Shown piece after piece: positions 50,805 through 61,387 of a DNA stretch of 64,000 nucleotides; within the stretch, counting starts at the first letter, position 1; each line of letters begins with the position of its first letter. The position numbers were made by a program, and so were the translations under genes. This DNA is from Veleropilina oligotropha (Eukaryota): contig JBEUKZ010000058.1 in assembly GCA_048128005.1 (NCBI GenBank), positions 62,001-126,000 of the forward strand, written 5' to 3'. The notes beneath the pieces were generated by a model. That model was not told the origin of the DNA. It ran no database searches and saw nothing but the letters and a program-made list of their open reading frames with translations.

Positions 50805-52987
50805 CCCTTATCATACGCTAGTGCATGGTGGTGAAATTTCATGTCAAGGACCTTTGACCCTTAAATTTTGTCCCGGCCGTTTCTCGGAGACCAAACAGGT
50901 GTGTTGCCTATAATACAAAGCTGTGCATGGCTGTAAAATTTTGCTCATTTGGCCTTTGACCTCTGCGTAGTGACCGTCACAAATTTTCTATATTTAGATT
51001 TTTTTTTTTTTTCGTCATTTGGTGGGTGTATTAAGCAGTTGTTGAACTGGTGCCTTTCGTTAATTTCGACGTTGTACGTCAAATATTCACAGAGTTATTG
51101 CCCTTGCTTTAATTTTGTTATTCCCAGGCATGAGAATGTTCCGGGTTTACGCGAATTTCCGGGTTTTATTTTTCATTTTTGTCATTTTTTAGATCGATGC
51201 AAATTTGTATACGTAAATATAGGGGGGGTGAGGTCTTAATTTCGGACGGCCGAGGGTAGAAACTTCGCATATATATCTTGTATTTTCTTATAACTACCCA
51301 CCTTCAGTTCAAATATCAACTGCATTTATTAGCAGTTAGCCGTTTTGACTTGGTACGAACCCGTTCTTAGACGCAATACCAAATGTAAATGCCGATTTAA
51401 ACTCGGAGATGTTCGGATATTTTCGGGATTTCCGATCCTTTGGTTTTTCGACTATCGTATCTATTCGTATATTTCCGGGCGCCATGCATTTGACATCGGA
51501 AATACCAGAATGGTTTGCACGCTTCAATATCGATTGGGTAAAAGATGACGTCGCTCGCAATTTTTAACCAATCACAGACTTCGTTAGTAACAACAGCCTA
51601 CGCTTGGATATTTTGAGGGAGACGAAGCGATAGTGAAACTCGACAAAGATGTTCGAATCAAATGTCGCTGGTATGGTTAGACAAGACTGTGACGTTAGGT
51701 GTCAAAATCGGAAACAACACCGAAGAAGTTGTTGAAAAATTCTCGGATTATATAGCGAAATGTGACCTTCCAGGAAAAGCACTTTGCACATAGGGGCCTA
51801 CGGCAATGATGTTTTAAACTACCGGTACACTTCTCGCGGTTGTGACATTATTAGAACATGCCACGAAAGGCAAAACGCACCAAGATAACATGATTCAACG
51901 AACCAATTATTCCCTGGGATCGGCGTTTAAGCACTCGTAGTCTCTGAAGATAATATAAGTATGGAATATTTTAAATTAAAAAAAATGTGGCTCAAAACAA
52001 TTTATTGTACATCGCAATATTTAAATGATTGCTACTATCATTTTTGGCTCGCATGCAATGCGAGTCTATAATGAGCATGTCGTCTGGCCGTTCGTCCGTC
52101 CGGTTTTTTGTTAGAATTTCTCAATCATGCTATATAAGCAACAATATGCATGTTTTAACATTAAAAAATGTGTTATATATCACTATGTCATTGTTACCTG
52201 GCCCTAAATAAATAATTTGAAATAATGTAATTTAAATTTTACAATGAAAAGTCAATTTTAAACTAGAAATTTCCGTTAAAGCTTTTGGTTAAATTTTCTC
52301 AAGCATGCTATATATGTGCAACAATAGGCATACTTTTGTATCTTTCTTTGTCATCTATCCCTCGAGTAGAAATATTGAGAGCAATTTAATTGAAATTTAC
52401 CCATAAATTACAACTTTTGAACTTTGAAATCTACTATTGAATGTGAACAGAAGATGAAATAAAAGTGATTGATGCCCATTTTCATGCATGCGATCCATTT
52501 CGAGTTTTTGCTCTTGTCTTTTATAATATTACTTTTGGACTCTAGCAGCTTGAAATTTTTTTGATCACAACTGTCATAAGATGTAACATTGTAAGAGAAA
52601 ATGTTTAGTTCTTCATATTGTGTCACTACTATGGTAATATATATGCAGATAATATGGCAAAATTTCAAGACATAAATTGACTCTGAAAATGTCTGAAATC
52701 CTCTCTCCAGCCTTCTAGATTTCAAAATTTTCCGGGGTGGATCACCCGAACCCCCCTTACGAGAGGGGCTCCGCCCGTCTCGTGCTCTCCCTTGTCGGGC
52801 CTTCGATGTTTGGATTTTCCTCTGAAAATAACTTTTGCCATTCTCATCCCTGTATTCCCGACTAGATCTCATACAGTGCTTGACTTACCATTACGAAACT
52901 TGGTGGGTGTATTCAGTAGTTGGTTAACTGGTGCCTTTTCATAATTTTAACGTGGCGTCATGATTAATGACAGAGTTATCTATATCA

Positions 52988-53193
52988 AATATACTTACGT
53001 CCTTACTAATGCCATAATAAGCCTATTATCGCTAAATCCGGACAAGGTGGAAATGGTAATTTGCACTTCTTTTAGTAAATTGAACCCAGCTGACCCCCTG
53101 ACCTGCTCGACCTCCTCCAGTTCATGTCCAGTAAGAGCTCGCCAACTCCCGCGAGATCTTCTTGACCAAGGGTCAAGACCTCATCCGAAGTTT
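52988..53193 (+). repeat. DIRS copy 2 left ITR
   Basis: Reverse complement of 60124-60329; no mismatch noticed. Confidence 0.95.
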
Positions 53194-53993
53194 TCCGCTC
53201 GATTGAACAAGTCGCGTTTTGCTTTGCTCCACAATCTTTGTGATTTTTCGATCTTTTTTGAGCTCGATTTTAATAATCTATCAGCTCATAAGATTTAGTA
53301 TAGTGTTGTGAACACGTTTAGTGGAAAGTCGAGAGTCTCTTCCTGAATAAGACGCCTTCTTAGAAGTTTTCCTGTCTTCAAAAGGACAAAAAGCGAAATC
53401 GACACCCTCCATTGACGACGCCATCTTGGAATTCTGAAAAGACAGAAAAGAGGCCGCTCAGAGGGATATTTAAAGAAGGAAGCTCCCTAGCAATTACTAC
53501 GGAGTCAGGATAAGAGAGTTGATTATTGATATTGCTTGAATTTGCATTGCATTTCATTTATATATACGATAATTCCTCAACGACTTTTTTCTTGCTATAA
53601 ATTTATGTAATAAAAATTTATCGTCGTTGAACAGCAGATTATTTAGAATTTAACTAGCGTTATTTTGGTAAATCTGCTAAATCGGGGATAGCACGCCGAA
53701 TTCTAACAAATTGATATATATACATCCAAGAGGTTTTTAGGTGTAAAAGGGCGGTTTCTTGAAAAGAAAGCCTCCCGTTTCTCAATTCGTTGACCGACTG
53801 GTTTTTAGAAAGTAAAAATATAAAGTCGGTGTTTTTGGGCGTATAATCCGCCGTAAGTTCTAAGCGTATTTCAGCCTTTTCCAACTCTCGGATCAGGTAC
53901 AATCGAGGTTGTAGTAGTAATTTGGTAAACTACCCGGGAAATACCCTTATCACTTCAAACAACCCTATCTCCCACCTACCCGTGTGTGTAGCT

Positions 53994-56213
53994 ATGAAGT
54001 ATTGCAGTGTTTCCGAGTGCAGACAGAAAATCCGTGGTTTTGACAAGCACTCCGAATGCACTTTCCACCGTGATTGTACTAGCGATAGGGACCATCCATG
54101 TGGGCATTGTGTAGTACTGACGAGTCGGCAGTGGGAGACTCTTTTCCCTTCGGAGAAGACAACCAGGGTATCTTCTTCCGAGGGGGCATCCACCGAGAAG
54201 CTCCAGAGGCTAGAGACGGGTTTTAACCCTTCACTTTCTCTTTCAGACCCTCTTGATGGTAGCCGTGGTGGGCCCGACGACACCTCCGAGACTTTGGGGA
54301 CAGTCCCGGAATCGTCGGGATCTCAGATTCAGGTAAGGGACCGAGCTCCGACCGATACCTCTCCTTTGGGCCTAGTAACCGCTGCTCAAAGTATCTTGCC
54401 GGCCAGTGAGATACATCGAGCGCCGCGGCGAACAGCTGTACAGGGCAGACAAAACCTTACCTCTCCTCCGGCCTCGGAGGAGCAAGGCAGCGTTAGTCCT
54501 TCTGTGAGTCAAGTAACCTCTGAAAAGAGGCGAAGGAGACTAGCAGAAAAAGTCGATACAGTTGCTGGGCACCACGACCGTGGTCGAAGTCCCAGACGCT
54601 CGACGCAACCCGTCCTCTCGTCCGACAATGGCGCTAGCTTAAAGGCTAATATCGCCACTGTCGGAGCCCACGAGAGTGATGGAAGGCCAACCTCCTCTGA
54701 CGGTTCTTTTCAAGACGTCCCGGGTGGTGTGGTAGGATCGGCTGCGTTCGGGGCTGAGGCGTACGGCGGGTATACCCCCGTGCCTCACCCGAGCAGGGTT
54801 ACAGACCCGTATGGACTGTGGTCGCAGTCTTACGGGTCGCTCGCTCCGTTTAACGCGCCTCCGGGCCGTTTCCCTGGTAGCGGTTTCCCGACAGGTAACC
54901 CGAGTCCCTGGTACTCGGCTCCACCTGTCCGTGCAGCCCGTCCCCCATGCGCTACGGTAACCTCGAGCGGACCAATGGCTGTTGGTCCGACGTCCGTCAT
55001 GCCTCCGGGTTTCTCTCTTGAGAGCGTCCAGGCAATGATTGCGATGGAAGTCGAGGCACGTTGTAGGTCCTGGCAACCGGCTACCCAGCCGCCCCAGGTC
55101 CCAACGTCTCTGACCGTAACGCCGGGCTCGGCTCATGCTTCGGTGATGGAAGTCGATCCTCGTTCCGACGAGGACAGTGCTTCCACTCACTCTGACCTCC
55201 CTGAATCGGTCGGACCGGACGACTCTTGTAGTCAGTCGGGCACGCATGAGACCATCTCCGCCACCCGCAGAAGATACGACGCTGTCGCGTCGCTTCGCGG
55301 GGTGCTAGACTTGCCCGACCCGGCTCTGCCGGTAGGCTTCGTCAGGCACAGGACAGCGGCACGTCGATTTGATGGGCCGGAAGCCCCCCTGCTTCCTACC
55401 CTACCCCAGTCTGGGTTGGTCTCGCTCGTCCTCGACTCGGCGACCAAATTCATTCAGGGACCCAAATCGGTGGAGACTTCCTCATTAACAGAGTACCCTC
55501 GTGGTCTCCGTAAAGGGAAGTACCTCCGACCCGGTAAGCGTCCGCTTTCGATCGGATGCTCTGGGGCGTGTCTGGAGACTGAGCCGGTTCAGATCGATGC
55601 AGCGATGCGTCGACTGTCGGCCAGCACAGCTCCCTCAGTGGTCAAAGTCCCATGGGTCGCCATGGAGGGCTTTGAGAGCTCCGCTCGTCGGGCTCTACGG
55701 CATGCCTCTATCCAGGATTTTTTCCTAGACGGAGCCATTACCGTACTACAGGAGAACGGACCCCGCGCTCGTGAGATCGCACTGTCCTTTCTCGAAGAGG
55801 TTGCCGCCTCCACGGAGCACTCCGCGTCGGAGTCAGCCCGATCCTTAGGCAATGCTGTCCTACTTCGTAGAGACGCTTGCCTAGACGGCACCACGCTAGA
55901 TGACGCCACCCGGCAGTCTCTACGTTGTGTACCGTTGTCGGCCTCTACTCTCTTCGGAGACAAATTCCCCGAATTTGTCGAGAAGCGAGCGGCTGACCTC
56001 AAGGATCGCGCAATCGAGAAGGCAGTCTTGGCTACTCCTCGGAGCACGCCGACTGCTACCTCTAGGAAGCGCTCGAGACCGTCCCGGTCTCATACGCCTT
56101 CCAAGCGTGTTAAACCTTCGCCGGGTCGGCCTTCTCAGGCCAATAAACCTGTCGCGAAGAAAACACCTCCGACGAAATCCCGTCAGAGCGGGAGAGGGAA
56201 GCCGCGGCCCTAG
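53994..56213 (+). CDS. DIRS ORF1, gag-like protein with N-terminal Cys/His cluster
   Basis: First ATG at 53994 in ORF 53922..56213; CSVSEC..HSECTFHRDC..CGHC; basic C-terminus; position upstream of pol. Confidence 0.85.
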   Translation: MKYCSVSECRQKIRGFDKHSECTFHRDCTSDRDHPCGHCVVLTSRQWETLFPSEKTTRVSSSEGASTEKLQRLETGFNPSLSLSDPLDGSRGGPDDTSETLGTVPESSGSQIQVRDRAPTDTSPLGLVTAAQSILPASEIHRAPRRTAVQGRQNLTSPPASEEQGSVSPSVSQVTSEKRRRRLAEKVDTVAGHHDRGRSPRRSTQPVLSSDNGASLKANIATVGAHESDGRPTSSDGSFQDVPGGVVGSAAFGAEAYGGYTPVPHPSRVTDPYGLWSQSYGSLAPFNAPPGRFPGSGFPTGNPSPWYSAPPVRAARPPCATVTSSGPMAVGPTSVMPPGFSLESVQAMIAMEVEARCRSWQPATQPPQVPTSLTVTPGSAHASVMEVDPRSDEDSASTHSDLPESVGPDDSCSQSGTHETISATRRRYDAVASLRGVLDLPDPALPVGFVRHRTAARRFDGPEAPLLPTLPQSGLVSLVLDSATKFIQGPKSVETSSLTEYPRGLRKGKYLRPGKRPLSIGCSGACLETEPVQIDAAMRRLSASTAPSVVKVPWVAMEGFESSARRALRHASIQDFFLDGAITVLQENGPRAREIALSFLEEVAASTEHSASESARSLGNAVLLRRDACLDGTTLDDATRQSLRCVPLSASTLFGDKFPEFVEKRAADLKDRAIEKAVLATPRSTPTATSRKRSRPSRSHTPSKRVKPSPGRPSQANKPVAKKTPPTKSRQSGRGKPRP

Positions 56214-58272
56214 GGTTGCCGGCGCTCGCGACGAGCTCAGTTGCACGCTTCCGCCGGTGGGAGCGTGTCTGTTAGAGTACAGCCTGTCCTGGCTGGAAAT
56301 GACAGAGGACAACTGGGTTCACTCAGTCGTGAGTGCCGGATACAAGTTGGCATTCGACCGGCATCCAACCCTAGACGCGACACCACCACCAGGACGCGCT
56401 CGTCTCCTGATAGGAGAAAAACAAGCGGTCCTAGACCAGGCAGTGCGGGATTTACTCTCAAAGAGAGCGATCTATCCCGCGCCGCCCAGCACACCAGGAT
56501 ATTACAGCCACTTTTTCCTGGTCCCGAAACCCGACGGCCGTTGGCGACCGATCCTCGATCTGTCGTTCCTCAACCAGTATCTTCGTACCGAGAAGTTCAA
56601 GCAAGAAACACTCTCGAAGATACGAACGGCCATCCGTCCGGGCGACTGGGCAGCGTCTATCGACTTAACCGATGCGTACCTACACGTTCCGATGCATATC
56701 TCGGCTCACCGGTACCTACGGTTTGTTCACGGGGGAACGATCTACCAGTTCAGGTGTCTACCGTTCGGTCTATCGTCAGCCCCGTACGTCTTCACGCGAG
56801 TAGTACAGGCTCTCGGGGCCTTCCTACACTCGCGAGGGCACAGAGTACACATGTACCTCGACGACTGGTTGATTCTCGGGGCGTCCCGGGTTCAGTGCCT
56901 CCAGTCTATGAGCGTTACCCTGTCATCGGCGAAGATCAACAACGACAAATCCTGCTTCGTGCCCTCGACGACGTTTATATTTCTAGGGGTCGAATTCGAC
57001 ACGGTCCGGTACACCGCGAAACCGACTCAGAAACGTATAGAGAACCTACGCGCAGTTATACTAGAAACGAAGTCTTCACGGATAACTACAGCGCGACGAC
57101 TGGCCACTGTCCTAGGGCACATCGAGTCGGTAGCTCCCCTGTTACCGACAGGTCGCATGGACAAACGACCGTTGCAGCAGGCCTTCAAGGACCGCTGGAT
57201 ACAACGTACGGGACAGTGGACGGATCGCATCGATCTACGGCATTGGTTCAATCGCACGACAGCAGTGTGGTTGAACACTTCCCTGCCGAGCCAGTCGGTT
57301 CCAATATCCCCCCCAGAACCGAACGCCTACCTCTTCACGGACGCGTCAAACGAGGGCTGGGGAGGTCACTTCGACAGTCACGAGACATCGGGCCTCTGGC
57401 CTACGGACCTTCAGGGACGACACATCAACTTCCTAGAGTTAGAGGCCGTCTACCTGTCAGTACAGTCCCTCTCGTCACATCTCCGAAACAAGCACATAAT
57501 GCTAGCAACGGACAACACGACTGTCGTCGCTTACATCCAGCACCAGGGCGGCACTCGCTCCCGTCCGCTTTGCGACCGAGCGATAGACCTGCACCGCCTA
57601 GTGATGTCACTCAACTCGTCAATTCGAGCCCGACACATCCCGGGGAAGCTGAATGTCAGAGCGGATACGCTCTCTCGGAAAACACAGATTATTCACACAG
57701 AGTGGACGCTACACGCCCGTGTAGCCCGAGATGTCTGTCGCCTGTGGTCGACACCTCAAGTCGATTTATTCGCAACCGAATTCAATCACCGACTCCCTCT
57801 CTATGTGTCTCCTTACCCGGACCCGGCCGCTATTGCGGTCGACGCTCTGTCAATGAGATGGGAGAATCTGATCGCCTACGCCTTCCCACCGTCGTGCATG
57901 TTGGCACAAGTACTACGGAAAGCGACCCGCGAAGACTGCGAGTTGACGCTAATAGCACCTCTACAACGAACGCAGTCCTGGTTTCCGACACTTCTGGATC
58001 TACTCATCGATCAGCCACGAGCGCTACCGCAGATGGCAGACCTGTTGTCTCAACCGCGCAGTCGGGCTCTACACCCGTCGGCGAACGAGTTTCACTTTCA
58101 CGCCTGGCGACTATCGAGAGATCGCTCATTAAGAAGGGCTTTTCTAGAGCGACAGCCCAGCGCATTTACCGATCTAGAAGACAATCTACGACAAGGGTAT
58201 ATGACTACCGATGGAAAAAGTTTGTGGATTGGTGTCGCGGGCGGCAAGTCAATATATTCCGCCCCCCTGTGA
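55900..58272 (+). CDS. DIRS ORF2: reverse transcriptase - RNase H - adenine methyltransferase-like domain
   Basis: FLVPKPDGRWRPILDL, IDLTDAY, LPFGLSSAP, YLDD; FTDAS, LELEA, TDN, NVRADTLSR; DLFAT...YAFPP. True start uncertain. Confidence 0.95.
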   Translation: MTPPGSLYVVYRCRPLLSSETNSPNLSRSERLTSRIAQSRRQSWLLLGARRLLPLGSARDRPGLIRLPSVLNLRRVGLLRPINLSRRKHLRRNPVRAGEGSRGPRVAGARDELSCTLPPVGACLLEYSLSWLEMTEDNWVHSVVSAGYKLAFDRHPTLDATPPPGRARLLIGEKQAVLDQAVRDLLSKRAIYPAPPSTPGYYSHFFLVPKPDGRWRPILDLSFLNQYLRTEKFKQETLSKIRTAIRPGDWAASIDLTDAYLHVPMHISAHRYLRFVHGGTIYQFRCLPFGLSSAPYVFTRVVQALGAFLHSRGHRVHMYLDDWLILGASRVQCLQSMSVTLSSAKINNDKSCFVPSTTFIFLGVEFDTVRYTAKPTQKRIENLRAVILETKSSRITTARRLATVLGHIESVAPLLPTGRMDKRPLQQAFKDRWIQRTGQWTDRIDLRHWFNRTTAVWLNTSLPSQSVPISPPEPNAYLFTDASNEGWGGHFDSHETSGLWPTDLQGRHINFLELEAVYLSVQSLSSHLRNKHIMLATDNTTVVAYIQHQGGTRSRPLCDRAIDLHRLVMSLNSSIRARHIPGKLNVRADTLSRKTQIIHTEWTLHARVARDVCRLWSTPQVDLFATEFNHRLPLYVSPYPDPAAIAVDALSMRWENLIAYAFPPSCMLAQVLRKATREDCELTLIAPLQRTQSWFPTLLDLLIDQPRALPQMADLLSQPRSRALHPSANEFHFHAWRLSRDRSLRRAFLERQPSAFTDLEDNLRQGYMTTDGKSLWIGVAGGKSIYSAPL

Positions 58273-59186
58273 CCAAATTTATCGAGTTCTTATCGTCGTT
58301 GCTAGAACGGGGAATGTCAATTTCCGCAGTCAAAGGCTACCGTTCATGCGTAGCTACAACGTTACGGCAATGCCGCGAGCACACCCGCTTGTCTACCGAC
58401 AAAACTATATCGGACTTCATACGCTCCTATCAACTCGAACGGCCCATTCAGCGAGTGCGACCGCCCGCTTGGAATGTTTTGTTAGTTCTCAATGCTTTGC
58501 TTAGAGGCCCGTACGCGCCTATGAGTGAGTGTTCCCTCAAAAATCTCACTTATAAGACCGTATTTCTAACCGCCCTCGCCACGGGTAACCGGGCCTCGGA
58601 GATACACGCGTTATCCGGAGAGCTTCGAGACATACACTTCCACACCGATGGGTCGGTGACACTGCGTACTGTCCTTGGCTTCCTAGCGAAGACACAACGA
58701 CCTGATGATATCAGTCCCGAGGTTTGTATTCGTAACCTCTCCATGCTGGATAGAAATGATATCGACCGCCTCAACTGCCCGGTCCGCGCGCTGAGGTTCT
58801 ACCTGGATCGCACCCGAGACTTACGGCACGGTAAAAAGAATTTATTCGTTAGCCATATGCCTCAATTCCACCGCGACATTCGCAAATCGACTGTTTCACG
58901 TTGGATTGTCTCTGTTGTTAAGGAGATTTACTCCCGGTCACATGAGCCAGAACGAGATCTCGTTTCAATTCACGCGCACGAGACACGTGGAGTAGCCTCT
59001 TCGTTAGCCTTCAAATATAATTTGAATATCAATGAAATCTTGAAGGCTTGTTATTGGAAGAACGCAAATACCTTTGTTCGCTTTTACCTGCATGATTATG
59101 CGACCACGGCTGAGGGTGAACATCGGATTTCCTTTGTGGCGGCAGGACAACAATGTATCACGGGATCCGGGTCATCCCGACAGTGA
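56241..59186 (+). CDS. DIRS ORF3: tyrosine recombinase (C-terminal part) with long N-terminal extension overlapping pol
   Basis: TGNRASEI (catalytic R), CPVRAL, HAHETRG (HxxR), CYWK, TFVRFY (catalytic Y). Confidence 0.93.
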   Translation: MHASAGGSVSVRVQPVLAGNDRGQLGSLSRECRIQVGIRPASNPRRDTTTRTRSSPDRRKTSGPRPGSAGFTLKESDLSRAAQHTRILQPLFPGPETRRPLATDPRSVVPQPVSSYREVQARNTLEDTNGHPSGRLGSVYRLNRCVPTRSDAYLGSPVPTVCSRGNDLPVQVSTVRSIVSPVRLHASSTGSRGLPTLARAQSTHVPRRLVDSRGVPGSVPPVYERYPVIGEDQQRQILLRALDDVYISRGRIRHGPVHRETDSETYREPTRSYTRNEVFTDNYSATTGHCPRAHRVGSSPVTDRSHGQTTVAAGLQGPLDTTYGTVDGSHRSTALVQSHDSSVVEHFPAEPVGSNIPPRTERLPLHGRVKRGLGRSLRQSRDIGPLAYGPSGTTHQLPRVRGRLPVSTVPLVTSPKQAHNASNGQHDCRRLHPAPGRHSLPSALRPSDRPAPPSDVTQLVNSSPTHPGEAECQSGYALSENTDYSHRVDATRPCSPRCLSPVVDTSSRFIRNRIQSPTPSLCVSLPGPGRYCGRRSVNEMGESDRLRLPTVVHVGTSTTESDPRRLRVDANSTSTTNAVLVSDTSGSTHRSATSATADGRPVVSTAQSGSTPVGERVSLSRLATIERSLIKKGFSRATAQRIYRSRRQSTTRVYDYRWKKFVDWCRGRQVNIFRPPVTKFIEFLSSLLERGMSISAVKGYRSCVATTLRQCREHTRLSTDKTISDFIRSYQLERPIQRVRPPAWNVLLVLNALLRGPYAPMSECSLKNLTYKTVFLTALATGNRASEIHALSGELRDIHFHTDGSVTLRTVLGFLAKTQRPDDISPEVCIRNLSMLDRNDIDRLNCPVRALRFYLDRTRDLRHGKKNLFVSHMPQFHRDIRKSTVSRWIVSVVKEIYSRSHEPERDLVSIHAHETRGVASSLAFKYNLNINEILKACYWKNANTFVRFYLHDYATTAEGEHRISFVAAGQQCITGSGSSRQ

Positions 59187-59969
59187 TTGGTTTGTGGAAT
59201 TTCACCAGACACTGAGGTAATATAATGTAATTCTATTTGTGTACATTGAAATCACCTTTAGAATTTATTCCAATGTTATTTCTTTCTTAACCTGATTAAG
59301 AAATTGAAATTATTATTCATACTGAGTTCATATGAAGCAATGCCCACATTGGATGTAGACATTTATATTATTAAATCTTAATAATGCTTTTTGGTAAATA
59401 ATATTATTTTAAAATGTTCTTCTGCTGTCTCAGAACATTTCAATGTGCGTACATTGAAAAATTTTATTATTATTCTCTACTAAAAATTATTTAAGTAACA
59501 TGTATCATGTTGACATTTTGCAAGTTGGACATGCAAAAGTTTATTATTCAAGATGAAGTTATTGAAATTTTCTTCAATCTATTGATAATTGTCACGGTTT
59601 TATAACACTATCTACCTGCCTAGGTTCGGGTGCTTCTAAAAACCACGTCTTGCAGTTTTCTGTCTGCCGACCTTTGAGTCCGGAATATTCAGATCACTGT
59701 TTTGCTCATGACACGAGTGCCTCAAGGTATACCTTCCGCCGGTGTCCGGAGCTACATGCACTTTCGTGTTACCCGTCCGACTAACATCCCTGGGGTGTTT
59801 TCCCAGATTTCTTGGTCGAAATCTCACCTCGGGGTAAGGGTAGATTTGATGCTCAGTAAAATCCACTCTGAACGGACTCGATCTCAACGCTAAAGCGTCG
59901 TCTTCTGGTAACAAGTAAGTTTTAATTTTGGTGTATGGAACTTATAACTCCGCCAACCAAAGTTATTCT

Positions 59970-60059
59970 TGGCATTAGTAAGGACGTAAGTATATTTGAT
60001 ATAGATATGAGGATTAAGAGTAATCCCTTGTATCTATAATAATATACTTACGTCCTTAC
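59970..60059. repeat. DIRS copy 2 ICR
   Basis: Reverse complement of the joined 3' and 5' ends, junction ATA at 60005-60007. Confidence 0.95.
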
Positions 60060-60123
60060 CCACTTGGCCCACCCTGCTTCGCACCTCCCCTCTTATATAA
60101 GTTCTTTGTCTTGGGGTTTGCAT

Positions 60124-60329
60124 AAACTTCGGATGAGGTCTTGACCCTTGGTCAAGAAGATCTCGCGGGAGTTGGCGAGCTCTTACTGGACATGAACTGG
60201 AGGAGGTCGAGCAGGTCAGGGGGTCAGCTGGGTTCAATTTACTAAAAGAAGTGCAAATTACCATTTCCACCTTGTCCGGATTTAGCGATAATAGGCTTAT
60301 TATGGCATTAGTAAGGACGTAAGTATATT
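60124..60329 (-). repeat. DIRS copy 2 right ITR (plus ~36-nt right extension)
   Basis: Reverse complement of 52988-53193. Confidence 0.95.
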
Positions 60330-60773
60330 ATTATAGATACAAGGGATTACTCTTAATCCTCATATTGCCCTTGTTATTATTTAAATCAACTATATTGTTT
60401 CAAGAACATAGAGCATATACTAATTATTGTGAATGTACCATTGCTTTGGCTTCTTGTTTTCCTTCGTAATCTGTTGATATCGATTTTGTACATTTTGACC
60501 TTTCTAGTTTGGCATTATCATGGCCACTGCTATGGCATGCAGGTCCCAAATCGTGTCGATTGGTTTCACAATTTTTAATAGCTACATTTGGTCGAAGACT
60601 ATGCATAATATGTCACTAGATTTTCGTTTGACATTCGGTAACTTATCTTGTTGTTGCTTAACCTGGACATAGGACCTTCACCAGCCTCAGGGCTGTTTAG
60701 TACCCAGTCAATCTTCATTTCTGTAATCCATACATCGTCTAGTTGATTGTAAGTTAAAGTTAAAGATTTTGTT

Positions 60774-61336
60774 TTTGTCTCCCCCCGAAGGAAAGGGAGA
60801 CTAAGGGATTGCTTTTTCCGGCGGTGTCGTCGTCGTCGTGTCATCTTGGTTAAAGTTTTTCATTGATTGTATATGGCTTGCTCAAAGCACTTTTTTGCAT
60901 ATATATACTTTGGTATTGGTTGTATGGATGTCACCTGATACTCTGGCAGTCATATTGAATAAATTTTAATATAATTAATGGAAATATGGTGGTCTTTTTG
61001 GACATAGAAATTTAGGTGAACTTTAGGTTAAAGTTTTATGGTTAGTTTGTTCAAGGCAATTTTTGGCATATATATGCTTTGTTATTGGTTGTATGGATGT
61101 CACCTGATACTCTGGCAGTAATATGGAATAAATTTTAATATAATTAATGAAAATAAAGTGGTACGTGTTTGTGGACATAGAAATTTTGGTTAAAGTTTTT
61201 GGTTGAAGTTTTCTCTTCAGAGGATATTGGCAACTAAAATCACTTTTTGGAATATGTATGCTTTGGTATTGTTTATATGGATATCACCTAATTCCTAAAT
61301 CTAAAAGGGCGAGACATATCGGACCATGGTTTTTGT
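60774..61336 (+). mobile_element. HINE (same family as 32373-33676)
   Basis: tgtctcccccc..gggagac 5' hairpin, (GTC)n, internal units, gggcgagacatatcggacc end. Confidence 0.8.
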
Positions 61337-61387
61337 CATATATTTGGAAGTCTTGAGCTACTAGAAATATATCATTTATCTTTGCAG

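Larger units (their letters stand above)
52977..60365 (+). mobile_element. DIRS1-type tyrosine-recombinase retrotransposon, copy 2 (nearly intact)
   Basis: 206-bp ITRs 52988-53193 and 60124-60329, ICR 59970-60059, three long overlapping ORFs, TAT at both ends. Confidence 0.97.

Noticed and set aside
52960..53298. ORF sharing a peptide with 60034..60270 (-)
   Set aside because: The identity simply reflects the two DIRS ITRs; no coding signature
54639..56047. Antisense ORFs within the DIRS coding region
   Set aside because: Expected by-products of GC-rich coding sequence; no recognisable motifs
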